Shown here piece by piece: positions 30,855 through 45,830 of a DNA stretch of 64,000 nt. A program made the translations under genes and the position numbers. The DNA lies in assembly GCF_009914755.1 (NCBI RefSeq), contig NC_060935.1. The stretch is one strand, 5' to 3'. The notes beneath the pieces are model-generated. The model worked only from the letters and a program-made list of their open reading frames with translations, was not told the DNA's origin and searched no databases. This DNA is from the human T2T-CHM13v2.0 reference genome, Homo sapiens. Every line of letters begins with the position of its first letter. Within the stretch, counting starts at the first letter, position 1.

Positions 30855-31115
30855 TCCATTTAACTCATCAAAATGTATTGAATGTTTATTATATGCCAGG
30901 AGCAGGTCTAGGTGCTGGAGATAGAGCAGTGAACAACACAAAATTTCTGCCTTCATGGAATTTACATTTTAGTGGAAGAGACAGAATATAAGCAAATAAG
31001 CATGTACGTATATATTGTCAGATAGTAATGTGTGTTACAAAGAAAAATAAGGGAGAGTAAGGCGACAGAGAGTTGTATAGGATGATATTTCAGATAGTGT
31101 GGTAAGGAAAGCCAG
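30855..31115 (-). mobile_element. L2 3' fragment
   Basis: tattgaatgtttattatatgccagg...ctaggtgctggagatagagcagtgaacaa. Confidence 0.7.
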
Positions 31116-31274
31116 GTAGGACACTTATATGTTGCTTTTTGTCAGTGTATTTAGAAAACTATTTTATGCAAGTCAAATTGTGTTTACTAAGATCAAATCA
31201 TTTACAATTTAATAGGAGCAACATCTGCTTACCTGAGTTTTCCCTTCTGAAATTATTGATTTATAATAGTACCA

Positions 31275-31592
<318 letters not shown>

Positions 31593-31659
31593 CTACACCA
31601 TAGGTTTGTTGCATGGTTTAAATAAGATTTTGTATGACTGTTTTGGTGCAGTGCTCTTA

Positions 31660-34052
31660 CTCTTCACTTTATATGAAGTATGCCTGTAAAAGGGAATAAA
31701 ACTTAGTATGTTTCGCAGATACTGTGTTTTTCACAAATTGGAGGTTTGTGGCAGCGCTGTGTTGAGCAAGTCTGTTGGCACCATTTTTCTTACAGCATAT
31801 GCTCACTTTGTATCTTCGTATCACATTTTGGTAATTCTTGCGAAAAATTTTTAATTTTTTATTAGTATATCTATTATGACTATTTGTGATCAGCGATCTT
31901 TGATGTTACTACTGTAATTGTTTTGGGGCAACACGAATCACTGCACCCAGAGAAGAGAGCTAACTTAATTGATAAATGTGTGGGTTCTGACTGCTCTACC
32001 AGCTGGCTCTTCCCCTATCTTTCTCCCCTGTCCTTGGACCTCCCTATTCCCTGAGACACTGCAATAATGAAAATGGGCCGATTAATAATCCTACAGTGGC
32101 CTCTCAGTGCTCAAGAGAAAGCAATAGTTGCACATTTCTTACCTTAAATAGAAAGCCAGAATGATTGGACCTTAGTGAGGAAGGCATGTGGAAAGCTGAC
32201 ATACACCAAAATGCTAGGCTTCTTGAGCCAAACAGTTAGTCAAGCTGTGAATGCAAAGGAAAAGTTCTTGAAGGAAATTAAAAGCGCTTCTCCAGTGAAC
32301 ACAAAAATGGAAGTGACCAGCTTTACTGCTGATACGGAGAAGTTCGAGTGGTCTGGATAGAAAATCAAACCAGTCAGAACATTTCCTTAAACCAAAGCCT
32401 ATCCCAGATCCAGGCCCTAACTCTCTTCAATTCTGTGAAGGCTGAGAGAAGTAAGGAAGCTGCAGGAGAAAAGTTTGAAGCTAGCGGAGGTTAGTTCATG
32501 AGGTTTTAGCAACTATCTCCATAACATAAAAGTGCAAGGTGAAGCAGCAAGTGCTGATGGAGAAGCTGCAGCAAGTTATCTAGAACATCTAGCTAAGGTA
32601 AGTGGAAGGTGGCTGCACTAAACAACAGATTTTCAACGTAGGTAAATCAGCCTTCTATTGGAAGAAGATGCTAGGACTTTCTAGCTAGAGAGAAGAGGTC
32701 AATGCCTGGTTTCAAAGCTTTGAAGCCTAGGCTGACTGTCTTGTTAGAGACTAATGCAGCTGATAACTTTAAGTTGATGCCAGTGCTCATTTCCCATTCT
32801 GAAAATCCTAGGGCCCTTAAGAATTATGGTAAATCTACTCTACTTGAGCCCTGTAAGCAGAACAACAAAGCCTAGATGACAGCACATCTGTTGGTAGCAT
32901 AGTTTACTGAATATTTTAAGTCCACTGTTGAGATCTACTGCTCAAAAAAATATATTCCTTTCAAAATATTACTGCTCATTGACAGTGCAGCTAGTCGTCG
33001 TCCAAGAGCTCTGATGGAGATGTACAAGGAGATAAATGTTGTTTTCATGCCTGCAAACATAACATCCATTCTGCAGCCCATGGATCAAGGAGTAATTTTG
33101 ACTTTCAAATCTTATTATTTCAGAATTACATCTTATAAGGCTATAGCTGCCATAGATTGATGGATGTGTGCAAAGTAATTGAAAAACCTGGAAAGGATTG
33201 ACCATTCTAGATGCCCTTAAGAACATTTGTGATTCATGGGAGGAGATCAGAATATTGACATTAACAGGAATTTGGAAGAAGTTGATTCCAGCCCTCATGA
33301 GTGACTTTGAGGGGTTCAAGATGTTAGTGGAGGAAGTAACTGCAGATGTGATGGAAATAGCAAGGGAATAAATAGAGCCTGAAGATGTGACTGAATTACT
33401 TCAGTGTCATGAAAAAACTTGAACATATGAGTAGTTACTTTTTATGGATGAGCAAAGAAAGTGGATTCTTGAGATGGAATCTACTTCTGATAAAGATGCT
33501 GTGAACATTGTTGAAATGACAACAATGGGTTTACATAAACTTAGTGGATAAAGCAGTGGCAGCATTTGAGAAAATTGACTCCAATTTTAAAAGAAGTTCT
33601 AGTATGGATAAAATGAAGCATTGGATGCTCCAGAGAAGTTCTTCCCGAAAGGAAGAGTCAATTGATGTGGCACACTTCACTGTTGTCTTGTTTTAAGAAA
33701 TTGCCACAGGCCACCCTGCCTTCAGCAACCACCACCCTGATAAGTCAGCAGCCATCAGTATTGAGGCAAGACCTCCCACCAGCAAAAGAACTACAGTTTG
33801 CTGAAGGCTTAGATGATCATTAACATTTTTTAGCAATAGAGTATTTTTAGATTAAGGTATGTACATTGTTCTTTAAGACATAATGCTACTTAGCACTTTA
33901 CTACAGTATAGTGTAAATATACTTACAGTATAGTGTAAATATACTTTTTATGCACTGGGAAACCAAAAAATTCATGTGACATGCTTTATTCTGATACTCA
34001 CTTTATTTCAGTGGTCCAGAACCACATTTACAGTATCTCCAAGGTATGCTTG
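31660..34052 (+). mobile_element. Tigger1 DNA transposon, near full length, decayed transposase
   Basis: Transposase remnants (SQTVSQAVNAKEKFLKEIKSA; cagcccatggatcaagga = QPMDQG). 3' TIR aaggtatgcttg at 34041-34052. 5' TIR present but inverted (31675-31686). Confidence 0.9.
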
Positions 34053-34792
34053 CATTTCTTGTCTGCTTTTATGTGAACCAAATAAGTTATAATCCTCTAT
34101 TAAATACCTTTCTTTTCTGTAGATACCTCCAAATTACAGAATGAAGCTTCTGTGTTTTTTCAACTTGGAGATTAAATAATGGTTTTAAATTGAGGCACAT
34201 GCATATACTGTAAGGTATATTAGTCTCAGATATACTACTCAGTGAATATTTTCTTAGATACATACCTATATAGTCGCCACACAGATCCAAGTATGCCGTA
34301 TTCCCAGCACACCAGAAGAAATCTTTGTTCACCCTTTGAGTCATTACTACCTTCTGTAGGTATCCACTGTTCTGACTTCCATTTCCATCAATTTGTTTTC
34401 TCGTTTTTCAATTTCATATTTCTGACTTCTATTTCCATTTCTATTTTATGAAAATTCAAAAAAGGCAAAACAATTTTATTTATTTATGGTTTGTTATCTT
34501 TTTTATCTGGCTTCATTTGCTGAAAACAACTCCTACAAAATTCATCCACATTGTTACGTTATCACCAGTTTGTTGGGTTTCAGTTCTGTGTAGTGTTCCA
34601 TAGTTTGAATGGACCACAATTTATTTATTCATTTTCTAGTTTATGGACGTTTGGATTATTTTTATTTTGAGGGAGTAGTTATGGATAAAGCTTGTGTGAG
34701 CATTTTTATACATCATTTTGGTAGACATATGTACTAATTTTGTTGGCTATATACAAGGAGTGGGTTTACTGAGTCATAGGGTAGGTATATGT

Positions 34793-35626
34793 ATTTTTAA
34801 AATAATTATTTTATTTTTTTTAAGTTCTGGGGTACATGTTCAGGATGTGCAGGTTACATAGATAAACATGTGCCATGGTAGTTTACTGGACCTGTTAACC
34901 CATCACCTAGGTATTAAGCCCAGCATGTTTTAGCTCTTTTCCCTAATGCTCTGCTTCCCCACCCTCCCCCAACAGGCCCCAGCAAGTATTGTTCCCCTCC
35001 CTGTGTCCATGTGTTCTCACTGTTTGGCTCCCACTTATAAGTAAGAACATGCAGTGTTTGGTTTTCTCTTCCTGCGTTAGTTTGCTAGAATAATGGCTTC
35101 CAGCTTCATCCATGTCCCTACAAAGGACATGATCTCATTCCTTTTAATGGCTGCATACTATTCCATCATGTGTATGCACCATTTTCTTTATCCAGTCTAT
35201 CATTGATGGGCATTTGGGTTGATTCCATGTCTTTGCTATTGTGAATCGTGCTGCAGTGAACATATGTGTGCATGTATAATATACTGATTTATATTCCTTT
35301 GAGTATATACTAAGTAATGGGATTGCTGGGTCAAATGGTATTTCCGGTTCTAAATCTTGGCGGAATTGCCACGCTGTCTTCCACAATGGTTGAACTAATT
35401 TACATTCTCATCAACCATGTAAAAGTGTTCCTGTTTCTCCACAACCTTGCCAGCATTTGTTGTTTCTTGACTTTTTAAATAACCACCATTCTGTCTGGCG
35501 TGAGATGGTATCTCATTGTGGTTTTGATTTGCATTTCTCTAATGATCAGTGATGTTGAGCTGTTTTTCGTATGTCTGTTGGCTACATGTATGTCTTTTTT
35601 TGAGAAGTGTCTGTTCATATCCTTTG
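34793..35626 (-). mobile_element. 5'-truncated L1PA (PA8-PA11-like) 3' end
   Basis: ORF2 C-terminal translation (35144-35386). TSD tagggtaggtata(t/c)gt at 34777 and 35627. Confidence 0.9.
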
Positions 35627-36236
35627 TAGGGTAGGTATACGTTTAACTTCAGTAGAAACTCCAAGCAGTTTCCCAAGTTGTACCAGTGTATTCACCCAAA
35701 AGCATTAGGTGAGAGTTTCATTTGCTTCACATTCTCAAGAACACTTCCAGTGAGTGAAGTCTTTCGCCATTCTGGGAGGTGTATATTTGTGTATCATTGT
35801 CATTTTAATTTGCATTTCTATGGTGCTGATGATGCGCGAGTGCTTCTATATATGTTGACTGGCCATTTGGATATTGATATTCTCTTTTGTGAAATTTCTC
35901 TTTAGATCTTTACCCCTTTAAAAAATTGGATTGTTTGCCTTATTTATTATTGATTTATAGTAATTCTTTATATTATGTATTTTATATACAAAACTTTTGT
36001 GGGATATATGTATTGGGAATATCTTCTCCTGGTCTGTGGCTTATCTCTTACTGTTTTAATCTTAATGGTGTCTTTTAGAGAACAAAAGTTCCTAGTTTTC
36101 ATGAAGTCCAACTTATTTTTTTCTTTAGTAGTTTAGTGCTTTTGAATATTAATTTACAAAATCTTTGCCTACAGGAAGATCACAAAGATATTGTCCTACA
36201 TTTTGTTCTAGAAGTTTTATAGATTTATCTTTCACT

Positions 36237-36526
36237 TTTTTTTTAGGCAGGGTCTTGCTCTGTCACTCAGGTTGGAGTGCAGTGGTGCAAATATAGCTCA
36301 GTGCAACCTTGACCTCCTGGGCTCAAGTGAGCCTCCTGCCTCCGCCTCCCTTGTAATTGGGACCACTGTGCATGCCACCATGTCCAGCAATTTTTTGATT
36401 TATTTTTATAGAGGTAGGGTCTTACCATGTTGCCCAGCCTGGCCTCACACTCCTGGGCTCAAAGGATCCTCCCGCCTTGACCTTCCAAGGTGCAGAGTCT
36501 ATAGCTGTGAGCCACCACACCTGGCT
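36237..36526 (-). mobile_element. AluJ
   Basis: Dimeric Alu, TSD ctttcactttt. Confidence 0.88.
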
Positions 36527-39500
36527 ACCTTTCACTTTTAGATATGTGATCTAGAATTAATTTTTGTTCATGGTGTGCAATTGGGATTAAGGTTTTTGTT
36601 TGTTTGTTTGTTTTACTGGTTTACAGTGCTCTAGCACCATTAATTGAAAAGATTGTCTTTTCCCTTCAGACTTTCAGTGGTCTTTTTCATAAACTAAGTG
36701 ACTGTTTATATGTGGATCTGTTTTTGGACTCTGTTCCATTGGTCTATTTATGCATTCTTTGGTTGTTGTCAGACTCTCCAATATAATAAATTTTGAAGTC
36801 TGGTAGTGTCAGTTCTCAACTTTGTTCTTAAAGATTGCCTTGGCTAGTCTAGGACCTTTGCATTTGTATGTAATTTTTAGGATCCTTAGGTCAATTTCCA
36901 CAAAAAAACTTAATGGAATTTTGATTTGGTTTGCATTGTATCTATAGATTAATTTGGGGAGGATTGGCATCATAGCAATATTGAGTCTTTTGAACCATGA
37001 GCATGATATATTTCTCCATTTATTTACATCTTAAAATTTTTTTCTCAATTTTTAGTTTTCAGTTGTAGATGTCTTTATTCATTGGTATTTTATTTTCTTA
37101 TGTTATTGTATAAGTGGTGTTTCATAAATTTCATGTTTGATTGTTGTTGTTAGAAATAGAAATAGAAAAATCTTGAGCTTGTATTAAACAACCTTACTAA
37201 ATTTGCTTATTCGTTGTAGTTGGTATATAATCATGTTACCTGTTTTCTTTTTGATCTTTATACTTTCCCACCCTTTTATTGCCTGTTTTCCTGACTATAA
37301 CCTTTAGTATAATGTTGAATAGAAGTGATGATAGTGGACAATCTTCTTTTCTCTTTAACCTTTGGGGAAGTATTGAACATTTTACCAATCTAATAAATAG
37401 ATTGGTATTAGTGGTAGGTTTGTGTGTATGTGTGTGTATATTATTATTACTATTATTTTTGGTAATAGCTACCTTTTATCAGATTAAGGAAGTTCCCTTC
37501 CATTCCTAGGTTACCAAGAGCTTTTTTTAAAAAAACGATAAATGAATGTTAAATTCTATCAAATACTTTTTCTGCATCTATTGAGATGATCCTAGAATTT
37601 CTCTGCTTAATTTTGTTAATGTAGTGAATTACTTTTTAAAAAAATTTTAATTTCTTTTTAAAGATGGGTCTCACTTCACTGTGCCTGGATATTACTTAGG
37701 TTTATTTTTGAATGTTGAACCAACACTGTATTCTTGGAATAAACCCCACTTGATTATGTATATTATGTATATTATCCTTATATATTGCTGGGTTTTCTTT
37801 GCTAAATTATCATTTTTATTTTTAAAAGTTTTCATCTGTGTTCATGAGAGATGTTAGCCTATAATTTTCTTTTCTTGTGTCCATATCATGTATGCATATT
37901 ATTAGGCTTATGCTGGCCTCACACAGTGCTTAGGAAGTGTTTTCTTCTCTTTCTATTGGCTAGAAAAATAGTACAAGATTGATTTCTGTTATTTTTAATC
38001 TGTATGATAATCTCTTTTTCTCTTTTTAAAATTTGTGAAATAGTCATCAAAATAGAGTATGGTTGTCTTCTTTTGCAGCTGAAGAAACTGAAGCTTATAG
38101 AATTTAAGTACTATTAGATAGCTGGTGGTTACTGCTCTGTATTGAAAACCAGTTCTGTTTTACTTCAAAGCCTTTGCTATACAGTATACATGGAGGAAAA
38201 TGAGTGACCAGGTGATCATATGGGGATCTTAAGAAATACCAGAAGTTGTTCTTTTGGAAACTTGTAAGCTTCTTTTAAAATCTTACTTCCTGTCGGTCTA
38301 AGAAGGGCACTCTTGATGAATGCTTCTTAGTTGTTTGTGAGGGTTGTGGCTTAAAGTAGCTAAGCTTTATAATTCTGTTGGCTCTGTCAAATGAAAAGTC
38401 TATCCATTCCAAAACTGAACAAATAAGTTTTATTTCTGTGTGAGAACAAATGGTTACTTGGAATTTACTGGGATTTTTCTTTTTCCAAATCCACATAGTA
38501 CTGGCAACATCTTTTTTTTCTTTGATGTTAAGATATTTCCAACATTGATTCTTTACAGTATATGATAGGTCAAGGGATTCCATTCATCATATACTGATAG
38601 GTCCAAGGATGAGGGAAAAACTTCATACAAGGGAAATATAAGGTGAGTTTTAAGATGAATCTAGTACCTTATTTTCCCACAAGTCCAAACATTATTACTT
38701 TTTTATATAAGAAAAATGTTTAGCTGTTGTTTCATGTGGAAACATCTTTTCTTCCTTTAAGTGATATAGAATACTTGAAAAACTATTCCTTGTTTTCGTT
38801 ACCAAAGAATTTAGGTTTTCTAACAATTGTTTCCTAATGACTTCTCATTCTGTAGCTATTTACATTTTTTTCTTGAAGATTTTATTGGAAATGTTTGGCG
38901 TCTTTATGAGTTTTCAGCAAGTTTTGATGTCGTTTAATCACTAAAGTTTATACTATGCCAGTGATGTTATTTTATTTGCTTAATATGAAAAACCTCAATA
39001 AGTTTGTCTCATTTCCAGTTAACTTAATTAGAACATTTGGCTCCCTCTGAAACTGCTTCTCATTTTTAAAGCAGAAGGTGTTATTTAGTGAAACCTACAA
39101 AAGAATAATGTTAGAGAAAATTGTACTTTTTAGCTGAAAAATGTTCTGTGTTAATAAATTTTAGAGCTAGAAACTTTTTCGAGAGCTCAGTTAATCCTTC
39201 TGGGACTTTTGAAATTGCTATCTCAGTGGCAGTATTTCTTGACAAATACAGTATTGAGTGCTTTTAATGATCTTTTGTTAATTATATATGGCTCCGACAG
39301 TAGAGATTTGAGTTTGGCTTAAATGAATAAATACTATTTTTACCCATGGTCACCTTAAAAATTGGAGTTAAAGTGTTGGCCTGCTGGTCTTTTTCCTTCT
39401 CTTTAGTTTTGCTAGTAATAGTAAGTTTTATTTGCCATTGTATAGGCTTAATTGGTTAACATGTGGCTGCTAATATTTAGTAAGGTTAATTTTTAGTATG

Positions 39501-41887
39501 AAAATTAAGAGTTTCATTTTGGTTTTTATATAAAGTGAAGCTATGTATTAATAGATTTGGTAGTTAATTATGCTGAATAACAAAAGTCTAATATTTGGAT
39601 GATCAGTATATTAGTAGAATTAGAAATACTTGCTCTTGAAGTTGTTTAAAAATTGAGATAGAAAAAGAGGAAGTTGATTTTATTAATGCTGTAAAACTGT
39701 CAAAAATAAGTATTTAGAAAGGCATATTTGAGTGCTAAATTACTTATGAACTGACAACTGTTAATTCTTTGCTTAAAATTAAAATCAAAGTATAATGCCA
39801 TTAAAACAAGTATAGAAAAGGCATGCCAGTTTCCCCCATATTTAGGGTATTATTTTTCAAAACATTTGCTGAATTAAAAAAAGGTTACTTAAATTTCAAA
39901 TGTGTGTTTTCCTCTAAATGAAAATTTTCCCTTTTTCCTCAGTGTTTTTCTGATGTTCAAGTGGCAGTAGGTGTGGGAAGCCGTTGCAAGCAGTATCTCC
40001 CAAGAGTGAGCTTATTCTCCTATTGTAGATATCAGGATATCATTGCTTTCCTTTTCTGCACTGTATCATGTTTTAGTTATTTTATGGAAATCTATCAGAG
40101 TGGAAGAGCAAAAGGTCAGTTGGAAGAGAAAAAAGATGAAACTGAAACTAAAAGTGGTTAAATATACTTACATTAGGTATCAATTACTACTTGTATATTA
40201 TCCATGTTACATTTTAAATTTGCATTGGCTTTTTTGTTGTTCTTTAGGTACCTTGCTAGGATTATTGATTTTGTTCATTATGAGCAGATCTGAGTGCCTA
40301 TCATGTACATAATATTTCTGTGACCAGTTCATTCATTGTGCTCAAGTGATAATAACCAATTTTAATATTAATTCTGTAAAACATATAGCGCTTAATATTC
40401 CTCACATATGGAGCTTAATCTTCCCCCACAAATTTTATTTTGTATATTTTAATTGCAAAAATAAAGGATTTATTCATATTGTAGCTAGTTTGCATCAGCA
40501 TGAATTAATAAGTTTCACTATTTTTCTTGTTAGCATTTTTAAGTTTTATTGAATTAGATGGGTAAATGAATAGTAATTATATTATCTGCAGTGTAATTAT
40601 CTTTGATTTCAGTTATTCACACCATCTCTTTACAACTGATAATCAAAAATTATTTCAAAGTTTGAAAATTTTTAACATAAAATTTCTGCTCAATTTTTAT
40701 ACTTTTTAAATTTCCTTCAAGTAATATATGCACATAGTTAACAATAAGATAGTACCAAAAGACTTAAGGTGAAAAATAGCAGTCTTCTTTCTATTTCTGT
40801 TCCACTCTACAGTCCTGCACTCCAAAAGCAATTACTCCTAATTTTTTCCCCATTTCTTAAGGTATTTACCTACATAATTTAAAATAATATGGCTCTTCTA
40901 CTAATTTTTTGGCTTAAGCAGTTTTCTTATGATAATTGAAGAGTTAGCTCTTTTATTATGCCTCTCTCCATTCTTTCTCCATTCTCTTGCTATAGTTATG
41001 TCATGAATTTAAAATCTATTTTTGGTATTTATATTACTTGATTATGGAAATACTGTTTATTTGTGAACTAAGTAGTTCACTTTTTTTTTTTAAAGCATCC
41101 AGTGTTACTATTAATAAGTAGAAAGCCATTCTGATTTCTCTCTGGAAGCGTTCAAGATTTCCTTTACCCCTGGTGCTCACAAGTTTTGTGATGCTGTGCT
41201 TTGATAAGTGTCTTTTTTTCAACCTTTGTGCTGATATTTGATGGGTCTTTTTACTTTTTAATTTTTGGGGAAAAATTCATGTGTGTGTTTTTTTTTCTCT
41301 TCCCTTTTTTTGATTCTTTCTGGGCTTCCTGTTAGTTGAAAATTCTGTTCCCTAGGTTAATTTGCCTAATTTTTAAAGTGTTTTTCTCCTATAGTTTATC
41401 TCTTAGGCTTTTTGTCTTATTTTTCTAGTTGTCCTTCACTTCATCTTTCTGTCCGTCTACTGAATTATAAAAATTGTATTATCATAGTTTTAATTTCTTA
41501 GAGGGGTTCCTTATTCTCTGTTCCCATTTTAATATTATGTCTTTGATTCATGGGTACAACATCTATTCTTATTTTTCTGAGATTATTAATAAGAGTTTAT
41601 TGATGTCATTCCTCCTACTTCCTAATTTCTTTTGGCACATTTTGGTCTTTGCTTTTCTGTTGCAAGCTTTTGTCAGATTCTTCAAGTCTTAGTTCTTGCA
41701 AAAGCAGAATCTAAAATACCCTATCTTTGGTTTATTTGGAAGGTGATTCCAGGAATTATAATGAGAGAATAAGGAGGTGAGACAGGGAAGAGAAGAAGTC
41801 CAGTAAAAGGTGTATTGATTTTGTGGGTTATCGTTTGGAGCAGCTGGAGCTCAATACTGCTGGAGACTTTCAGAGAGACTGTGTAGA

Positions 41888-42090
41888 ACTGCACTGTCTA
41901 ATACTAATCACTAGCTACATATGGCTATTAAAATTAAAATTAAAATGAATGAAATTAAGTAAAATTAGAGATTCAGTTTGCATTCACACCAGCCACACTT
42001 TAAGTGCAGATGTAGAACATTAGACAGTGCAGATATAGAACACTCCAATTCAGTCCAGTCCAGTGCAGATATAGGACATTTCCATCATGG
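41888..42090. mobile_element. MER3/MER33-like hAT element inside an old ERVL-type LTR relic (~41690-42230)
   Basis: cactagctacatatggctattaaaatt...ccagccacactttaagtgc...cagtgcagatatagaaca. Confidence 0.55.
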
Positions 42091-43719
42091 TTTATAACAT
42101 ACCTTAGAATTGTACCATGGAGGTTCAGGAAAACTGACCTATTTATCTACCATCATCTGTCCCTTATTGATTAAGAGTTGCTCCTAGAGTTACTGACTCC
42201 CTGTCACTTATGGCCTGCGCCACACAGGGGCTGTGTCATTTCTGCTACCTTACTCATTTCCACTGGGTACCTAGTAACACCAAATGCAGAGTTTCTCTAG
42301 TTCATTTTTTTCTAGAGATCCAAATCCTGGTCTTCTGTCAGTCTGAGGCAAGTAGTCACTTGACTGAATGTGGTGGAGGGAAGATAGTCTTTTATAAGTA
42401 TGCAGATTTTTAACCAAATTGCTCATATTTTTTTGGGGAAATCTTACCCCAGTATCCCATGGCAACTGTTACATTCGAGTTCCAAGCCTTTGGAGGATTC
42501 CATGGAGTAAATTGACTTCTTATTCTTGTCCTTTACCACAGGCATTCTGATTGCAGTTTTCCCTGATCTGCAAATTACTACCACTCTGTAGCTTAAGAAA
42601 AATTATGATATATAGTATTTCAAACATGTGGAGAAGTATAAAGAAAAAATATGCTTGCAATTCATATAGTGCTGGGATAAATTCAACTAAGCCCTGTAGG
42701 GTTGTCTTTTTTTTTTTAATACCAGGAATCTTTTGTTTAAATTTTAGGAGACTTGTCACCACTCAGTGATATCAAGGCTGCTGGGGTTATTATGTCCTTT
42801 TTCTTCTCCTTTGCTGTGTTTAGGTGGCTACTAGTTTATTGAGAAATTTTTGGTCTATTTGCATAAGAGATCTTAGCATATTATAATGTTCTTTCTATGT
42901 AACATTTGTCTGCATTTGGTTTTGATGTCCAGGTAACACTAGATTTATGAAAAAAGTTTGTGTTACCTCTTTTTCCGTTATGTGGAACAGTTTGTACAAA
43001 ATTAAGATTAGTTGTTCCTTAAATGCTTGGTTGAACTACCCAGTTTAGGCCCGGTTGTTTGTGTGTGTGTGTGTGTGTGAGACATTCCTTCTTACTAGTT
43101 TAATATTTTTCTTTTTAAAACACCTTAAATGTAGTTTTTTCAGTTAGAGTCTGTTAGTGGTAAGTTCTTTTTGTGTTTCTGGAAGTTTCTTTGTTTAACT
43201 CTCACTCTTGGATGATAGTTTAGCTGGGTATAGAATTCTGACAAGTCTGTTTTGAGTTTTTTCTTCCTTAAATCTTTTGAAAATTTTCTAAGTTTTTTCT
43301 TATTTTCAGTTTGGCTTGATGACCATGTGGCTTGATATGTGGCCTGAATCTTACTTAAATATTAGGTCTATAGATTTAACAAGTGAAAACTAATTTTTAT
43401 AATTCATTTCCTAGTTTTTATTTAGATACCAGCAATATTCATGATAAAAAGTACCATATAGTCTCAGATATCTTTAATTTTAATGGTTAGAATTATGTTA
43501 AAATATTAAACCAGCATGTCTGAATCATGACTACATAATAAAGCCTATTGATTTAATTGGTTTGAGGTGGGAGTCCAAGCCTGTATTTTCTTTCAGTGTG
43601 CTCAAATAATTCTAATGTGCAGCCAGAGGTTAAAGAACATGAAGTTACAAATTGAGCTGTAAATTCAGAGATATTCTAATACAAATCTCAACTGTCTTTT
43701 TCTTTTTGTTTTGTTTTTA

Positions 43720-44935
43720 TTTAAAAAGTTGGCAGCCTAAATTCAAAATGTATGTGGAAAGACAGATCAATAGTCAAAGCAATAAAAAAGAAGTACATCA
43801 TTGGATTTATAGTTCCTGATTTTGAGATTTACTTAAAGACAATGTGGTATTAGTGATAGAATGGATATTATGGACAATAGACCCACACATACATATTCAG
43901 TTGGTTTTTGGCAAAGGTGGTAGGGCATTTCAAAGGAGGAAGTAATAATATTTACAACAAATGTGCTGGAAAAACTGTATAATACGTATGTAATAAAATG
44001 TATACTGACTCTTACCTCACATCATGCAGGAAAGGTGAACTTAAAATGTGTCATAGACCTAAATTTAAAACTAAAAAAAGCTGTAAGACATCTAGAAGAA
44101 AACATAGAACACAGAAAACACAAACCATAAAAGAAAAAAATTCATAAACTGGACCTTGTCAAAATTAAAACCTTTTGTTCTTTAAAAGTTATCAATAAGA
44201 AAATTAAAAGATAAGGGTTAACATAGGAAAAATATTTATAATACATATATTTGAGAAACGACTTATATATTGGATATATAAAGAACTCTTACAACTCAAT
44301 GAAAAGAAAATAATTGACTCAATTTAAAATAGGCAGAATATTTCAGCACTGCTACTACATTCTAGAAGATTTGAACATGTACCATTTTCATTCCTTGGAA
44401 AATAGTTTGGCAGTTTAGCATATGATACTGGAATTCTCTCCTAGGTATTTATCCAAGAGAAATGAAAACAGATATCCACACAAAAATTTCGTCATGCATG
44501 TTTATAGCAGTTAATTCATAATAGCTGTAAACTGGGAACACCCAAATATTCATTGCAGATGAATGGTTAAACAAATTGTGCTCTATCCCTACCAGTAGAA
44601 GGGAATGAACTATGAACACACACATGGATAAGTCTTAAAACATTAACAAAAACATGACGCTAAATGGAGGAAGCCACATACAATATATTCTGTATAATAT
44701 CATTTATATGAGATTTTAGAAATCAAAAACTAATTTATGGTGTCAGAAAGCAGATCAGTGACTTGGGGTAGTGGTAGGAGAGTTTGACTGCAGAGGCACA
44801 TGAGGTATCTTTTGTTGGTGATGGAAATGTTTTGTATTTTAATTTTGTTGGTTGTCACACAGTTGTACAACATTTGTTAAAAATAATCAAACTGCACATT
44901 TTAAATGGGTGTATGCATATTTTATTCAACAAGTT
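43720..44935 (+). mobile_element. Old L1M 3' region (sense)
   Basis: Degenerate ORF2 C-terminus and 3'UTR (cctaggtatttatccaagagaaatgaaaac...gaaagcagatcagtg...ggtgatggaaatgttttgtat). Confidence 0.7.
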
Positions 44936-45689
44936 TGACGAAGGAACTTAGGAACACTAAGTTGGACAATCTCATGAGCTTTTTTTGTGATTTCAAATCC
45001 ATGTTAGTGGTTAAGCTACAATGTTTATTGTTGAATGTGGGTATTTACTATGGAGGAAGTGTGTGTATGGTCTTAGCTCATTTACAAATAAAATATTTTA
45101 ACCTTTAATTGAATATTGATATAGCATGATGTTAACTTTATGTTACAGTTACTTTCTGCTGTGTATTACTGGGAATGTCTTTCGGTACTTATATAGAAAT
45201 AAGGTAAAAAAGCTATACAATTAAAAATGTGGCAATAGTCACTTCAAATCTTTTATGTGTGCCTACTAAAGCAAACAAAATACTAAACTTGTTTTATATG
45301 TGTTCAATAAACTGCTGAACAAGAAAAGGATGCAATGGCCATGTTGTTAGACTGTTGGAGTAAGTGTAATAGCAATAACCTACCTTCCTTTTTACCTTCC
45401 TTTCTCCCCCTCTCCTTCCCTTTGTTTCTCCCTCCCTCCTTCACTCCCTTCTCTCCCTCTTCTACCTATCCTTATTTCCCTTTGCTGGTGACAGTGCAAG
45501 TTGAATTTGTACACTGATCTAGATTCAGATTAGTATAATAAATTTTTAAAAATATCAAGTTGAATGAAGAAGGAAAATTAAAATTATACAGTACCTGAAA
45601 CTAAAAGGCTAAATAAATGGATTCATCTTTTAAAAAAAGTTACATTTTCTGAGCATCTATAATTCAGTTAAGAAGGTGACTGAAAATTG

Positions 45690-45830
45690 CAGTTTACTGG
45701 ATGATCTTGGGAAAATTACTCACTGTGTTTCTCAGTTTTCTCATTTGTAAGACAACAATAATATGTTGAAAGGATTAAATGAGGTAATGTATTTAAAGTG
45801 CGGGCACATAGTAACTACTCAATAATTATT
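45690..45830 (+). mobile_element. MIR fragment
   Basis: ctcagttttctcatttgtaa...ggattaaatgaggtaatgta...gcacatagtaa. Confidence 0.65.

Larger units (their letters stand above)
34170..37975 (-). mobile_element. Old L1M element with nested L1PA and AluJ
   Basis: Antisense L1 ORF2/3'UTR motifs, continuous across the insertions. Confidence 0.7.

Noticed and set aside
32175-33319. Domesticated Tigger transposase (TIGD1-like gene)
   Set aside because: The frame is broken by many stops and frameshifts; this is an ordinary decayed Tigger1.
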